Positions 10,226 through 24,258 of a DNA stretch of 64,000 nt are shown here, piece by piece (the stretch's first letter is position 1; each line of letters opens with the position of its first letter). The DNA lies in contig NW_019029012.1 of NCBI RefSeq assembly GCF_002105155.1, positions 248,001 to 312,000 on the forward strand. Direction: 5' to 3'. Both the position numbers and the translations under genes were made by a program. Origin of the DNA: Lobosporangium transversale (Eukaryota). The notes beneath the pieces were generated by a model that was given only the letters and a program-made list of their open reading frames with translations, did no database searches and was not told where the DNA came from.

Positions 10226-12422
10226 TTAAACTACAACATCCAAGCCCTTGGATCCTCGAAGCTCCATCCCAGGGTTTTCTTCCTCATTATCACATTCTTT
10301 ATCTGAGGCGTCATCAACGACAGAGTCCTGTAGTTCATACATAATATCATAACATTCGCTTAAAAGTGAATTGCAGATACCCTGACCTTCAGGAATCTCA
10401 TTATCCTTGTCCAAAAATTTGCCATCAACTCGCATGTTATCCATTGAGGCCAACTTCATTTGATATGGGTACAGATCACGTACTAATTAGAGGCATAAGA
10501 AAATAGAAGAAAATAAGAACAAAGGGTTAGTTGTAGTCAAAGTATAACGTGTTACCATGCTCGTTATGTAAGACAAATCGTCCAAAATGAATCATGATTC
10601 ATCTCTATCGAGCGAAAGCATCCATTGATCTTGGTCTCCTTTCCACCATATTACCTGTAAAGTCTCCACCCCATTTCTTGACTTCCAGTAAGCACCGACG
10701 AACGGTCAGCAGTTGGTTATGAATCGGCACCAGTGCCTCTGCAATTGGCTCTGATGCTGTCAAAAGGATATAAATTAAACGATAACACTTGTGAAGCATG
10801 AAATTAAGGAGAGCCTAAACGTTTAAAGTTGACTTGTTTGATCAGTAAAAGGATAATAACTCCCATTATCCACGGCCTCCATGCAAAAGAAAAAAAAATG
10901 CTTGCTAGCTTCCATACCTGGCCTTCTTCCACGTCACCATCCCGGTTGACAAACTTTCCATTAGTGCGAAGTGCACTGATTTCACTCAATTGAATTTCAT
11001 ACTGCCATAGATCAGTTTCCCTTAGCGTCCAGCGCTGTGTCAGAACCAGCCTCTCCAAATCTGATTTGATCGCCTCCAGTCGATCGAAAATATCTCGTAA
11101 CGATTGGGGGACTGGCTCCTTGGTTGCTAACAAATTGTGGCAGTCGTCGTAACAGTCTTCAAGCAATCCGATGACTGCAGCTTGTCCACAGACGACATTG
11201 CCCTCTGCATCCATAAACTTGCCATCTTCTCGCTTGGATTCAATCTCTCGCAGCTCTTCTTGAATATGATGGACCTCAGAGCTACTCCATGAAGAGGACG
11301 ATCTTGATGCCAATGTCGCAAGTTCGATTTTGAGCTGAACCAAACGCCGGTGGATAGGCGCCAGTTCTGGAGAAATAGATTTGACTGCATCCTGTAGTTC
11401 CTTGAGCAATTTGTCTAAAAGATCACAAAAAAAATCAACAAAATTGCATCAGGTATATTCTCATAGCACGATTTAGAACTGCATCAATACGGGTAGATCA
11501 TGAAATAAGATCGGCTCTCCAGTTTCATTTCTATTGCTAAAGCATGAACAAACAGGCGAGATGAATACGTACTATTAAAGTCGAGCTTGCGTCTGAGGAT
11601 CTTTGTTTGGATATCGGGTGTGGATGACTTAGCTTCATCCACCTTGATGAAATCCTCCAGCTGCTTCAACCTGTCCTCGTATTGCTTTAGATCCTCTGTT
11701 AAGAGCAAAGACACGAGCATGAATTATATCAAACAATGGCGGAACTGAACAGGTTTAGTTTCATCTTTAAAATATATATCAATATGAACTATACAAAAAG
11801 ACACAAGCACATCAATATAAGGATGTTACCAGCAGCAAAGACTCCAGATTCTTGTAAGCCTGTAAGGCATTGCTAAAATAAACAAGAGTTTAGGTCAGGT
11901 ATGGTAAAAAAAAACCCCAAAATTGACCAAGTAGGCGCATTATCAGAATCAAAACGGGTCTGATTTCCCATGCTGGTCAGGCTCAATATACCCAAATAGA
12001 CTTTTTGCCCTAAACTATGCACAAATGTCTCTCACTCCCTTGAAAGCTTCAAGTCTTCTTTTGTTTCTTTTTCTTTTTTCTTTTTTTACCTTGATGGTAA
12101 GAAGCTGCACATAAGTAGCAGGACTCTCTTTGGTTTTGCCTACTGCCATGAAGCATAATGAGAGAATGACAAAGACATCGTCGAGAATGCAGTTCACATT
12201 GTTTTTGTAGCCCCAAATGGTAGCATTCCCCGCGCCACGGATTTCCTCAAGTCTTTGCAGTTGAACACAGAGTTCGTCATAGAGGGCTATGACAGTTGAA
12301 GTTTTTAAGAAGCGGGAACGGTCCTTCTTGATAGCAGTAAGCCTATGCTTGATAGAGACGAGAGCTTCAAGCACAGGCTGCTCCTCGATAGGGATCTGAT
12401 CAGGCGTAGGGGTAGATGTCAT
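10226..12422 (-). CDS. CUB1: CUB1/YPL260W-like (UPF0662, DUF2408) protein (spliced)
   Basis: IPIEEQPVLEALVSIKHRLTAIKKDRS, LSLCFMAVGKTKESPATYVQL, repeated (D/N)GKF...GQ units, RWTLRETDL and SEPIAEALVPIHNQLLTVRRCLLEVK. Confidence 0.85.
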
Positions 12423-13212
12423 TGATTTTGAAAAATTATTGGTATCGTTTAGAGAAAGCAAGTAAGAGTATGGAAATAAAAAATAAAATAAAGAAGCCTC
12501 GTCATTTTCCATCTTCTGTGGGAAACATTTGGGCCACAAATGTGCGTCATTCATTATTTAAAAGGGGTGGCAGTATGGCAGTATTTTTTTCCCTTCCCTC
12601 TCTTAAACTCTCATCTCGTCCACTGGTGCAGTAAATCGGCAAGATATCACTCTTGAAAAGAAGTCCAGGTCGTATCCAACGTGCTTTCATTCAATATGTG
12701 GGGCTGCACTCATGTCCAACGTGTTATAGCGAAAGTGTATTATAAAGACAAAAATTATACCAGGAAACAACCGATTAAAAATTTTTGGCTGGTGATGAAT
12801 AAAATCAATGCTGGCGCCATATTGAATACAAAAGTCGTAGACTCTTGACACCATGCGTTTCCATGTGTCTAATGCCTGGTTATCAATGAGGTCTCCTGGT
12901 TTCTTATGATCAGCAGTGAGATCTGCATCATTTGTACATTTACAAGCTCTTGTTAATAATGTTATCGATGAAAGCTTCTCCTGGATTCTGTTCAGTCTCA
13001 GTCGCGTAGACATCAACATTAAACTCTTTGACTGCCACTTCCCAACCCAGATAAAGACTGCCTCTCATTATTAAATTTGATATGCGTAGAATTAGAACGA
13101 GATGAAAAAACACTACTCGCGTACAAGCATACAGGCTATTCTTTATTGAAATACGTCGAGTAATGCAAAGGTTCTGCAATTCTGGATACTTCCTGGTCTA
13201 GGAACTACGGTA

Positions 13213-14710
13213 TTAATGCTTGTCGGTGAGCCCGATCCGCTGAATCACATGACGAGGCATACAGTAGACAGGATCTACTGGCACCAAGCCAGGATATCTC
13301 AGCAGAGATAGTCCACAGATACCAAAGTTAGTGTGGAATACATCAGGGATATTGCCTGATCGATCAGCAATGCCACCTGTTTCTGAATCCTGTATAGCGA
13401 GCCGATTATTAAAGTATAAAAGTATAAGACAAATTAAAAAGACAATAGTTAACAAAGATTAGAGTACAATCTAAGAATGAGATCGTTCACTCATGCACTT
13501 GCAATTATAGTGGCCGCTTCCAGTCACCGGAACTAACACTCTACCTGTGCCTCGAGAATGAATTGGGTCAACTTGTTTGCATCAATCCAATGGGCCCGCT
13601 TCAGCATACTTAAACTACTCAAAACCCACCACGAGTAACATACATCCTCCAGCTTTTCAGGCCGACCGTTCAAACCGCCGTTCTTCAATTGTCTCTCACT
13701 GAGCCACCAACCGAGCTGGTCTGCGTCAACGTGATGTAAAGCATTCAAAATGGTCAATGTTCCTACGCAAACATATACCTGAGCAGCATGGCTCTCCCCT
13801 CCAGGCGAGCTCCCGAACCCGCCATCAAAGTTCCGGCATTGTACAATATAATCAATAGTCTTTTTTAAATTCAGGCGCTTATCATCCAATCTCTTTAGTA
13901 GACTAAGACAGTTGATTGCGCAAAAGATGAACCGAGTATCTGTTTCGCCCCATGAGTCTCCACTGAAGGATCCATCCTCGTTCTGCAAGGACACGATGTC
14001 TAAAACCAAATGGTAAGGAAAAGTAAGCATTTACTTTCAGAAGATAATGCAGCATTTTAAACATTTGCTGAAATAACTGTATGGATGACGTACAGTCCAC
14101 GACCTTGTCAACATTGATAGCATCTAATCGGTCATAAGTAATTAACACTTGAACTGCACTCAGCGTTGACAAAATGTGCGGATCGTGATCGATATGGCCT
14201 CCGAATCCACCTAAAAAAAATCAAATGATCCATTGGTAGGCTGTTTCTGCATTGACAACTATTACGTCATAAAGACTATAAAGATAGTAAAGATTATACC
14301 GTTCTCATGTTGGCATTTCACCAGGTATTCGACGATCTGATCCTGATCGAGTGCTTCGGGTTTACCAAGGATGTGAAGCGCGGTAGCACCCCAATAGAGG
14401 CCATTGACGCGAAGATGCTCTGTCAACCAGTACTCGAGATCATTCTTCTTCTGCGATACCAATGAAACAACGAGAAGCGCAGAAATCTGGTATCAGTCCT
14501 ACTGTCCAGAATTCATTCATTACGACAATGTTTTATCTGCATATAGAAAGAAGATGCTCGTTGATGTCGAACACGAGAAGGGTAAAAGCTACTATTTTTT
14601 ATTGTTGTTATTACCGTGTCAAGTGCCTGAATATACTTGACATGAAGATCCATGAGAAGGTCCGAAGTGGCCCCATCCACAGCGGGCCTGCTGTTGTTCA
14701 GAACAGACAT
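13213..14710 (-). CDS. BET2: Rab geranylgeranyltransferase (type II) beta subunit (spliced)
   Basis: [71 protein letters not shown]. Confidence 0.95.
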
Positions 14711-15130
14711 GGTTAATGATAAAAAAAGAGATGGAGAATGCTAGAGTCTTAATATGTACAGGAAGGAATGCTTCTTGGCAAGCATGCAAACAAATGAGAG
14801 TAAAGCGTGGCAAAGATGACCTGAAGAGAAGAAAGTGGAGAGGGAAAAAAAAGAAACTTTGAAAAGTGACTAGCGAATTTTTTTTTTTTTTTTTTTTTTT
14901 TTTTCTGAGAGCATTACATGCATGCAGTAATGTAATGATGCACATTTTTCTGAGTGTCTTACTTTGACTAAGTATTCAAGTCCTTTCTTCATTCCTTCAC
15001 ATTTACAACTTTTTTTTCTTCATTTGCTATTCTCGTCTTCAGACTATTCACCTTATTGGCTTCTAGAAACTACCCTATTACTCACTATCCTAATTAACTC
15101 CAATTCAACAATAAATTTTTTTCCCAGGAC

Positions 15131-17546
15131 ATGAGTTGGCAAGTCAATCCTATCGAAGCAGATCTGTGGAACATTGACGATTATATGCAGCTGTTGAAGG
15201 AGGTGTAGGCCATAGCATACTTACCCCATAAAGCATTGCAAACAAACCAACAATAGGAAAGGATTCACTAAAGCTGTCTATAGACTGCCCCACGCGATCT
15301 CAACAAAGACTGGCATTCGGGATGGTAATCTTTATCTTTCTTCCTCGACGATAAAATTTTCAATTCGCCGACTTCACTTTGCAAAAAAAGAAGATTGTTT
15401 ATTTCTGCTAATACTTTCATAACCGTCTATGCATTCATTCCCAAATCCGCAATATATCAGAGACAAAAGATCCTGAATTCAATGAACTGAACAACAAGTT
15501 CACTTTATGTGAAAAAATTACAGAGAAATTGCTGGCAGACATATGCAAGTATCGCGACAATGTCACTGGTAAGGCACAGACCTTATCATTCCTCAACACT
15601 GACGATGAAAGATCATAGCCGCCATTTTTATTTTATTTTTTTAAATGATCAACCGCGCAGTTGGGCTTTTTTTTTTTTTCCTTTCCGGTTTTTGTCTTAG
15701 TGAAATTATGAAAATTTTATGCTGTGTTGTTTCATGTTGCTGTGCGTCTGATCAGCTTGCTGAAATTTTTTCCCTCATATCATCATTCATGTCACATAAT
15801 AGCCTTGCTCAATCATCAAGCCGAGTTTGGCATCGTCCTTGCTGAGGTATACGACCCATCCTTGGGGATGCCCAGTGGAGTAGTGACGCCACGAAGAGCG
15901 CAGACAGCACCAGAGTCTATGCAAGCTATTGACGATTTTCAGGCAGTCATGAGAGAGATGAGAGACACTATTTTACCTGAAGTGGTACGACTTACAATTG
16001 TTGAAAACAAATTTCACAGACCTGGGATCAGTCATTACATTTCTGCAGCTGTACTGGATCTAGCGCTTATAATGATTTCTTTTTTTATGTATTTTATGCA
16101 TTCGCGGATTAAAACAGGATAAACTCGAGTTATTGGTAGTTCGCCCTCTGGAAGAGATGCAGAACAACATGAAGCTGATCCGCAAGACAATTATTAAAAG
16201 AGAGCATAAGCTGATTGACTATGATCGCTTCCGCATCTCCCTCAAGAAGTTGCAAGAAAAGAAAGAACGGACATTGAATGATGAGAAGCATATTTACAGG
16301 GTGCGTATTTTTTTTTTTTTACGCCGCCATTATTTATTTCAATAATTTGTACGTTTACTGGTAAAAGTATATCCGGATCATCAAACCTTATTAACCTCAG
16401 ATCTTTTTTTTTTTTCTTTTTTTCCAGCTTGAATCCCAACTAGAAGTTGCCACTGCAGATTATGAAGGCTTGAACAATCTATTACGCGAAGAACTGCCAG
16501 GATTCTTTTATTACAGAGCCCAATTGATCGAGCCAATTTTCCATGCACTCTACTATTTGCAGACACGTATTTACAACATCATGCTTGATCGTATCGGGCC
16601 TCTCTCTGCCAATGGTTACTTTGATCTCACAATGGACATAAAACAAGGATACGAAGCACGGAAGCAAGATACCCTTCCTACTGTTGAATCAGTTGAAACT
16701 ATCACCAAGAGATCTGTCGCTGCCAGTAATGTCCTTGATGATTACTATTACTAAATAATGCATGTATAATATGGTCCTTTTTTTCACAAAGAACTGACAT
16801 TTGTTGGTTCTTTATGTTTTATTTTTCTGACAGCTTATACAAGCAAATATGGACAACTAGCTCCCCAGAAAAGCCCCATTAGTCCCGTTCAACACACTTA
16901 TGGATCTCCAACTTCTATGTCTCCAGTATCAGCTCCCAAGCCTTGGCAAAGGAGCCCGACTTCTGTAGGCACAAAGCCATGGCAAGCGACAAGCGACATT
17001 TCTCGATCACGAGAAGACGCGTCACCGCCACCCCCAGCTTATAATACAATCCAGAATGATGGTGTTGCTCATAATGGTGCGCAGCCTGCTGGCTCAGGCG
17101 CCAGTCCTTATTCACGATCTATGACGCCTCGGAACGCCAACATTTATTCGGCACCTTCAGCAGCAGCAGCAGCATCACCGTCGCCGTATGCAACTAATGG
17201 AATAGATTATTTACGAGCGCAAGCTGTCAAAAAGGGCCCGCCTCCCCCACCTATGCCCAAGAAACTCCATGAACCTGGTCCCAAGATGGTGGTGGCGTTG
17301 TATGACTATGATGCACAGCAGCCAGGCGATTTAAGTTTCCGAAAAGATGATCGGATCGAGTTGGTAGAGCGAACAGCCAGTTCTAATGACTGGTGGACTG
17401 GCAAGTTGAATGGTCAACAAGGCTTGTTCCCAGGTAATTTGTGATGATCCCTTATCTACCAAATGCGCAATCTATGCCGCACACTGGTCACTGACAAGGC
17501 AATTCTTTTCTCTCCTAATGTAGGTAACTATGTCCAGGAAATTTGA
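15131..17546 (+). CDS. RVS167: Amphiphysin-like BAR-SH3 protein (spliced; first intron GC-AG)
   Basis: Spliced start MSWKGFTKAVYRLPH, BAR segment KREHKLIDYDRFR, Pro-rich linker, and SH3 domain VALYDYDAQQPGDLSF...WWTG...GLFPGNYVQEI*. Confidence 0.92.
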
Positions 17547-17979
17547 CATTAATAAAATTTTTTTGTGAACGTGGTACGATCTGACTGGCAGGGAGGAGAA
17601 ATAACATGTCAGAGATGGGCTGAAGAACAAAAAAGAGAGAACAAACATGGTCTGTATTGCATTGCGCTTGGTTTCTATAATATCTGTTCAATGAATGGGA
17701 CTCGGGCTAGTCCCTTGTCTTGGACAGCTAATGTATATAGTTAATAGTGATGCACATAAACTTTATGTACTCCAATATTCATATCACTTGACAAATTTAA
17801 CTTATTTAATGAGTGGGAGCAAGCATTCCTAACTTAAAGTCACAGCCTCACTTCTCTCCTATATACACATTTCTCAAGTGTCTCCTCCATCCAGCACAAA
17901 CACATTCTCACCTCTCTTCTTCCTCCGCAACCAACTCCTCGCGAAACACCCCCCCCCCCCCCCCCGACTAGTGTATAAA

Positions 17980-19753
17980 ATGGCGTCACTGGCGGGCATC
18001 ACTGCACAGTACAATAAAAAGAGCTCTGGTAAAAAATAAAAAAAAAAAAAAGAAAAAAAACTACCTTGCAATGGTTGAGTGCAATTTTGAGCTTTGACAA
18101 TGAATGAATGCAACCAAGACGATGAATGACAAGGCATCTACCTAGTCTAACGAACTATTACAACTCTTTTCTTTCTATTTACCTTTCTTAAACACATCTT
18201 TTTATTCTACATACTTGCTCCTGCTACATATTCCTTTAACCACCTCAACAATCGTACACGCATACGAAATAAAAAAAATGCTCAATCGGAAGCTGTCAAA
18301 AGGATTATGCAAGAAGCTCGCGAACTGGCTCGTGAACCATCAACTGATTTTGCTGCCAATCCACTCGAAGTAAGAAAAAAAAAAAAAAAAAAAAAAAAAA
18401 AAGATATCAAGTATCAGTTGGATGGCGCAGAAATTATGAATGGCAAATCATTTTAACTGCCTTGGGCGCATGCATTTGTAATTGAAAAATTGATTTTTTT
18501 TTTTATTATTTTCCTTCAACAATAGACAGATATTTTTGAATGGCATTTTACAATTCGAGGTCCAGAGGACACTGAGTTTGAGGGAGGACTCTATCATGGT
18601 CGCATCTTACTTCCCAATAACTACCCATTTGCTCCACCTAGTCTCATGTTCTTGACAGTAAGTTTAATTTTTAGTGTTTTTTTTTTTTTTTTTTTTTTTT
18701 TTTTGGGGGGGGTGGGGAAAGAAAAGATTATCAAGAATAATGTCATTATACACATTACTATATCTGATAAGATTTCCCCTCGTCTTTAATTTATATTCGT
18801 TAAACAACATTATAGCCCAATGGACGTTTCGAACTCCACAAAAAAGTCTGCTTGAGCATCACTGGTTATCATCCAGAGTATTGGCAACCTGCTTGGGGTA
18901 TTCGGACAGTGCTGGTCGCAGTCATGGGATTCCTGCCCACAGAAAGCAAAGGCGCCATTGGAGGACTTGATACAAGCGTAGAAGCTAGAAAAGCTTTAGC
19001 TATCAAGTATGTTTTAAAATAATCGCTTGTTTGTCCGATTTAAGCATCAGAAATGTCCTGACCTTTTTTTTTTTTTTTTTTTTTTTTGTGAACCACAGAT
19101 CAAGAACATGGTCGTGTCCAACGTGTCAATCAGAGAACATATCGATCCTGCCAGACGTTGCACCAGAGAACGCAGTCAAGGCATCTCTCAAAGCTGATGA
19201 ATTGCCTCCAGAATTCTCATTTGGATATGAGGCTGACAAAAAGAAGCAGGCAGAGGAAAGCGATAGTAATAATAACACTAATAAAAATGAAGCTTGCGAG
19301 GATAAGGGAAACTTAGCCGAGTCAGCAGTAGAGTATTTGCCATCACCATCATCTACAGGATTTACTCCAACCATGTCAGATGATATTCAATCCAGCAGGC
19401 CTGCCATTGAATTAGAATCTACAGTAAGGCCCATGCATCAATCTTCCATTCAACAACAACAAGGGCCTTCAGCGGGAGTACAGTCTTCATCGAACGTGCC
19501 TCAAGGCCTTTCAAGGCCATTGACCCCTGTAACAGGCGCATCATCATCATCAACAACAACAGAGATCCGTGCCCGGACAGGAGCTGCTACTTCTCAGTCT
19601 CAAACACAGATTTTGGAGCATCTCCAAGCACCTGCACAGGCTCGGGCACAGAACAATCGACGAACAGAGTCTGGTATTCCCGTGTGGCTTGACACCCTTA
19701 TCTTCATCTTTGGAGGTCTTTTGGTCGCCATGGTCATTCGCAAATTTATCTAG
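17980..19753 (+). CDS. UBE2J1: ER membrane ubiquitin-conjugating enzyme E2 J1/Ubc6-like (spliced)
   Basis: YNKKSSAVKRIMQEA...PLETDIFEWHFTIRGP..FEGGLYHGRI..PNGRFE..KVCLSITGYHPEYWQPAWGIRT, plus a C-terminal transmembrane anchor (WLDTLIFIFGGLLVAMVIRKFI). Confidence 0.9.
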
Positions 19754-19825
19754 TACATTAAAACATCTCCATTTTCTGTCTTCTGTACCATTCTCCATCC
19801 TTTTGATCCACACACAAAAAAAAAA

Positions 19826-19881
19826 ATAACATAACATAACATAACATAACATAACATAACATAAAATAAAATAAAATAAAA
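19826..19881. repeat. Compound (ATAAC)n(ATAAA)n microsatellite
   Basis: Visible tandem pentamers between convergent genes. Confidence 0.9.
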
Positions 19882-19968
19882 TCCTCTTTATTACTATTCA
19901 TTTTCATTCAAACTTATTCTGAGGAGCATGTAGACAAAAAATGGCTGATGGTTATATTGTATTGTACC

Positions 19969-19999
<31 letters not shown>

Positions 20000-20013
20000 T
20001 CATTGGTATCATC

Positions 20014-20215
20014 TTAGCGAGCACCACCAATGGTGAACGAAGTTCTATAGTTGGGATGGATTCGCCTGGCAGAGGATGGTGGGGACTGAGGGGACAGTGG
20101 CGCTCCAGGATGAGAAAGAGTCGCTGGAGGTGTCTTGACATTCAGTTTAGCCAGCTCTTCTCTCTCCTTCTTCTCCTCTTCTTGCTGTTGGCGATGCTCT
20201 TGGTCCAATTTGGCT

Positions 20216-20253
<38 letters not shown>

Positions 20254-22539
20254 CGCTTCAGCTTCAGCCTCAGTATTCAATTTCTCAACTTCTTTCATCT
20301 GTCGTTCGAGATTTTCAAGCTCTTGAGCGTTTTTCTTTGCAACCTCGTCCTCAGTCTCCTCTTTCAACTCTCTCTGCTGTTGCTTGTTCCGCTCCAGTTC
20401 AGCCTCGATAGCAGAAGACTCTAATGTGAATCCCTTTGTCTCTTTTACAACTGGAGCTGGATTAGAATTGGTCTTTGTAGGTTCTTCGACAGGGGCTCCA
20501 AAGATATTGTGGCTAGTTCGTCTGTATTGACGCTGAGGTTGAGGAGCTGGCGGTGGTGACTGCTGCGAAAAGATGGTGGAAGTCAATGCTGGGTGGCCCT
20601 TGGGCTTTACATAATCAGCCCTCCAACCTGCTCCGCGGTCCTCTGGCTTGATCTCTTGCTGATCCTGCTGTTGAACCATGGTTCTTGGAGGTTGATTTGA
20701 GGTAGTATCGATAGTAGTAGTAGCAGCCTGGGGTTGCTGGGCTGGATCCTTGAGGTGACTAAACACGGTTGATGTTAAAGCTGAGTAGCCTCCCTTGGCC
20801 ACAGGGGAGGAAACGGAGGATCGAGGAGATCGAGGAGATGTTGGAGTGATAGCAGCGCTATCCTCATTTCCATTGCTCGAAGAATATCCACGCGTTCTGT
20901 TGTTCCTGCTATGGATATTGCCGTTTTCATCTTCGAACGCCTTCTTTGGGTCAGCATCCTTGAGATGATTGAACAATGTTGAAGTAAGAGCTGGATGACC
21001 CTTCTTTGGTGACTGTACAGGTGAAGCAGTGGTTGACCTACTGGCCAATGCCTCATCAGAACCCGATGGACTCAAAGACATGGGTATGCTGCTGTTGTTG
21101 CTGTTGCCATTACCGTTCGTGTCTGTGCCCTTGAGGTGGCCAAAGACGGTCGATGTCAAGGCTGGATGACCTTTCTTTGTGATAGAGGCGGGATGCTCAG
21201 GAGGCGAAACGGGTGGGGGGCTAAAGATCTTTGAAATCTGTTTGTGAAATGGAGTTAATGTCAAACAACCAGCTGATATATGATTCATTACCGATGTCAA
21301 TCCTAATACCAAATTAAAAATCTTTTACACTACACATAAACATGCGTTCCCTATTGTTCGTTGTTCTTGTGATTGATATTCTACTTACATTGGACTGAGA
21401 GCGTGAGCCTGCAGCCGTACTAGCACCGCCAAAGGGATTCAGACGGAATCTGGAAGGATCTCTGAGGCCCTCAATCTGAGTCTCGGTGACAATAGGCCAG
21501 GAATGACGCGAACCGATCAACTTCACCATCTTGAGAACACTAGCATTGTCCCACAAATAGCGGACGCTGGCAATGTGGCCTTCTGCAAAGGAGGCGCAAA
21601 TGACCTGAGCAAGATGAATTTTTTTTTTTTTTTGTTTGTTTAGTAGGATTCTGCATGACAACTACAAATGTACACTTTTTTATTCATTACAGACCACTGC
21701 TGTTGTTAATGTTGTTGTTGTGGTTGTTATGGTGTGGGTCCAGGCTAAATCCTGAATGGTGGGAGCCAAAGACCATTAGAATTATATTATAATCAAACTC
21801 TGTCTCTCTCTCTCCCACGTCTTTTGACATTTTGCCCCCTTCTCACAATTGCTCTTTTATCATTGATTACATGATTAAAAAAGGTTGACGCTCCATTGCA
21901 GAATCACGCGGATATGCGAAGGTGCAAGTAAACCCTTTTCATCCATGCTCCGCTCCGATCAAGCACAAAAAGCGTCAGTGCTCCCTCTGTTTTCCCCCTC
22001 TTTTCCCTCTGTCCGCTCTGTGGGGTGGGAAGGTGGAGAATGAATACACCAATTGAGTTTTCCCCCCCCCCTTCTTATCACTTAATTTGCTGCAACTCTG
22101 CATGCAGTTCATCGCCTCTTTGACCACCAATTTTTTTTATTTTTTTTTTGGCGGCATGAGATTAGAGGGGACAAGAAATAAACATGATTTATCAACTTAC
22201 CAGTGGGAAAGTGATAGTCAAGTCTTCGAGGTGATGTGGTTCAATTCCAGGTAATAGCCAAGCTCCAGCACCAGAGACAAACTTGACGGTCGCCTCCACT
22301 TCATCCACAGCAGAGGATTCACCCACAGTGCGATGAATGACCCTTTCCTCCACCAACAATCGCTTCGGATGCGAAAAGTTACCATTGCTGAAAAACTCGT
22401 AAATTTGTTTCCCGGTCGCTGCACCGACACCCGTTGGTAAAAAGACGATGTGCGCATCTGGCAGATACAACTCTGGAGAGGCTGGATTGGCACGGAAGGA
22501 CTCCCACAGCGAGATAGCAGAGGTAGTAGTGGATGACAT
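20014..22539 (-). CDS. SnoaL/NTF2-like domain protein with long repeat-bearing disordered tail and coiled coil (3 exons)
   Basis: Exon 1 has HIVFLPTGVG...RTVGESSAVDE...WLLPGI...ITFPL. Exon 2 has FAEGHIASVRYLWDNASVLK, the SnoaL-like W-D-x-ASVL motif. Exon 3 is most of ORF 20014..21312. Confidence 0.75.
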
Positions 22540-23395
22540 GGTGTGAACAAGCAAACAAGCAGGAGATAGGGATAAAATGAAGTATGCAAATGTGTTTAGA
22601 AGAAAGTGTAGAGAAATTGTCTTGTAGAAGGAGTAAAAAATGAATGGGACGTTAGACCCTGAGAGTGGAGTGAGAGGACGCTAATGGGCGTGGTAGGAGT
22701 GAAAGGAATATCCAAACCAAAGGACTGTTATAAAAAATAAAAAAAAAATAAAAAAAAAAAATTCAACCTGTTCAAGCCAGGGCAACGTTGAAGTCAGGTT
22801 AAAAGTAAATCTCAAAGAATAGAAACAAAGCAAAGGGGTAGATGATGGAAGAGGATGAACGAAAGAAAGAAAGGAAAGCAGAGAGGTACAGAGGAGTTGA
22901 AAAAGGCCATTTCAACTATCAACACCATCAACAATGAACCAAGCCTTACAAGCATATATTTTAAAAGCTTTTTTATTATATTTTAATTACACACATGCGT
23001 GCATGTGTTTATGTTTATGTTTATGTTTATGTTGTTCATGTTTGTGCGCTTGGTAGTCTTCAAAAAACAAAAAACAAAAAAAATAAAATAAAGAGCGTGT
23101 AAATAGTAAACACCACTAGTACAAGTACATTACAACAAAGACATTACTACAATACGCGTGTAATTATTCCTGTGTAAGACACACAAATCCACGCTGCCAG
23201 GAATGATAAATTTCCTTACGCGTTTGCATACAATAGAACGTTTTCTACATCTGTGACCTCGTAAGTCATATTAATACACCAAAGACAACAGAAGTTTACT
23301 GTGATTTTTTTTTTTTTTTTTTTTTTTTTTTGTGGTTTAATAACTTTGTTGAATTTTTTTTTTTTTTTTTTTTTTTTTTTGCTATCACTCTACTT

Positions 23396-24258
23396 CTATG
23401 CACGCGATGGTGGCGAAACCTGTCATAGAACAAGATATGAGACATAAAGGCCGTAAGTAATCCATTGATTCTGTATACCGCTTTATATCAATAAAGAACG
23501 AGAAAACAAAGATAATGTCAAATGCACGTTACCAAAATAACTCCATCGCCGCGGACAAAAAGCATCTCACAGTTCCTTTTGACAATCTATTATACATGAA
23601 AGGATATTAAAGGGAGAATAAAAAAAATATATATCAACTTGAAATCCAGTGATCCATCATAACAAGAAAAAAAAAAAAAAAAAAAGTCCACTACTGAATG
23701 TAGCGGATCAATTGATTCCTTCTCCTTGGTTGATTATCTGCGTTTGGCCGGTTCTCTCATATTTTCATAATCGAAAAACAAACATATTAAAAAAAAAAAA
23801 AAAAAAAAACAAGGATTCTCGAGCGCCAACAATAGTAGAGTTCCATTGGTTGCTTACTCTGATAACTTCCTCCAAAGTTTCCTCATTCACATCCACAACA
23901 GTGATCGTTTCTTCGACATCGCCCAGAACCATGTTCAAATGACCGTCATATGCCTAATGTTCAGCAATCAAGGAATGGAAGAAAAAAAAAAAAAAAAAAA
24001 AGAGAAAGGGATGAAGCTTAGCAGGCGCTTGAACACTTAATATAGCCATGCTTCATATTGCTTAACCCGTTGTGTAGAGAAAGCAACAAAGGTAAACGAA
24101 TGCTTAAAAAAAGAAAAAAGAAGGAATAATACATGAAGTTTGCCACGAAGCTCACGGTCTCCACGAAGCTTAACATAGATGCGTTCGTCTAATGACAGGC
24201 GAACGAGGTCAAGAGGCTCCTCGATGCCGGTACTCTCCAGTGGTGCATGGTCGTCCAT
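23396..24258 (-). CDS. LSM3: U6 snRNA-associated Sm-like protein LSm3 (4 exons)
   Basis: [48 protein letters not shown]...|..[19 protein letters not shown]. Confidence 0.96.
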
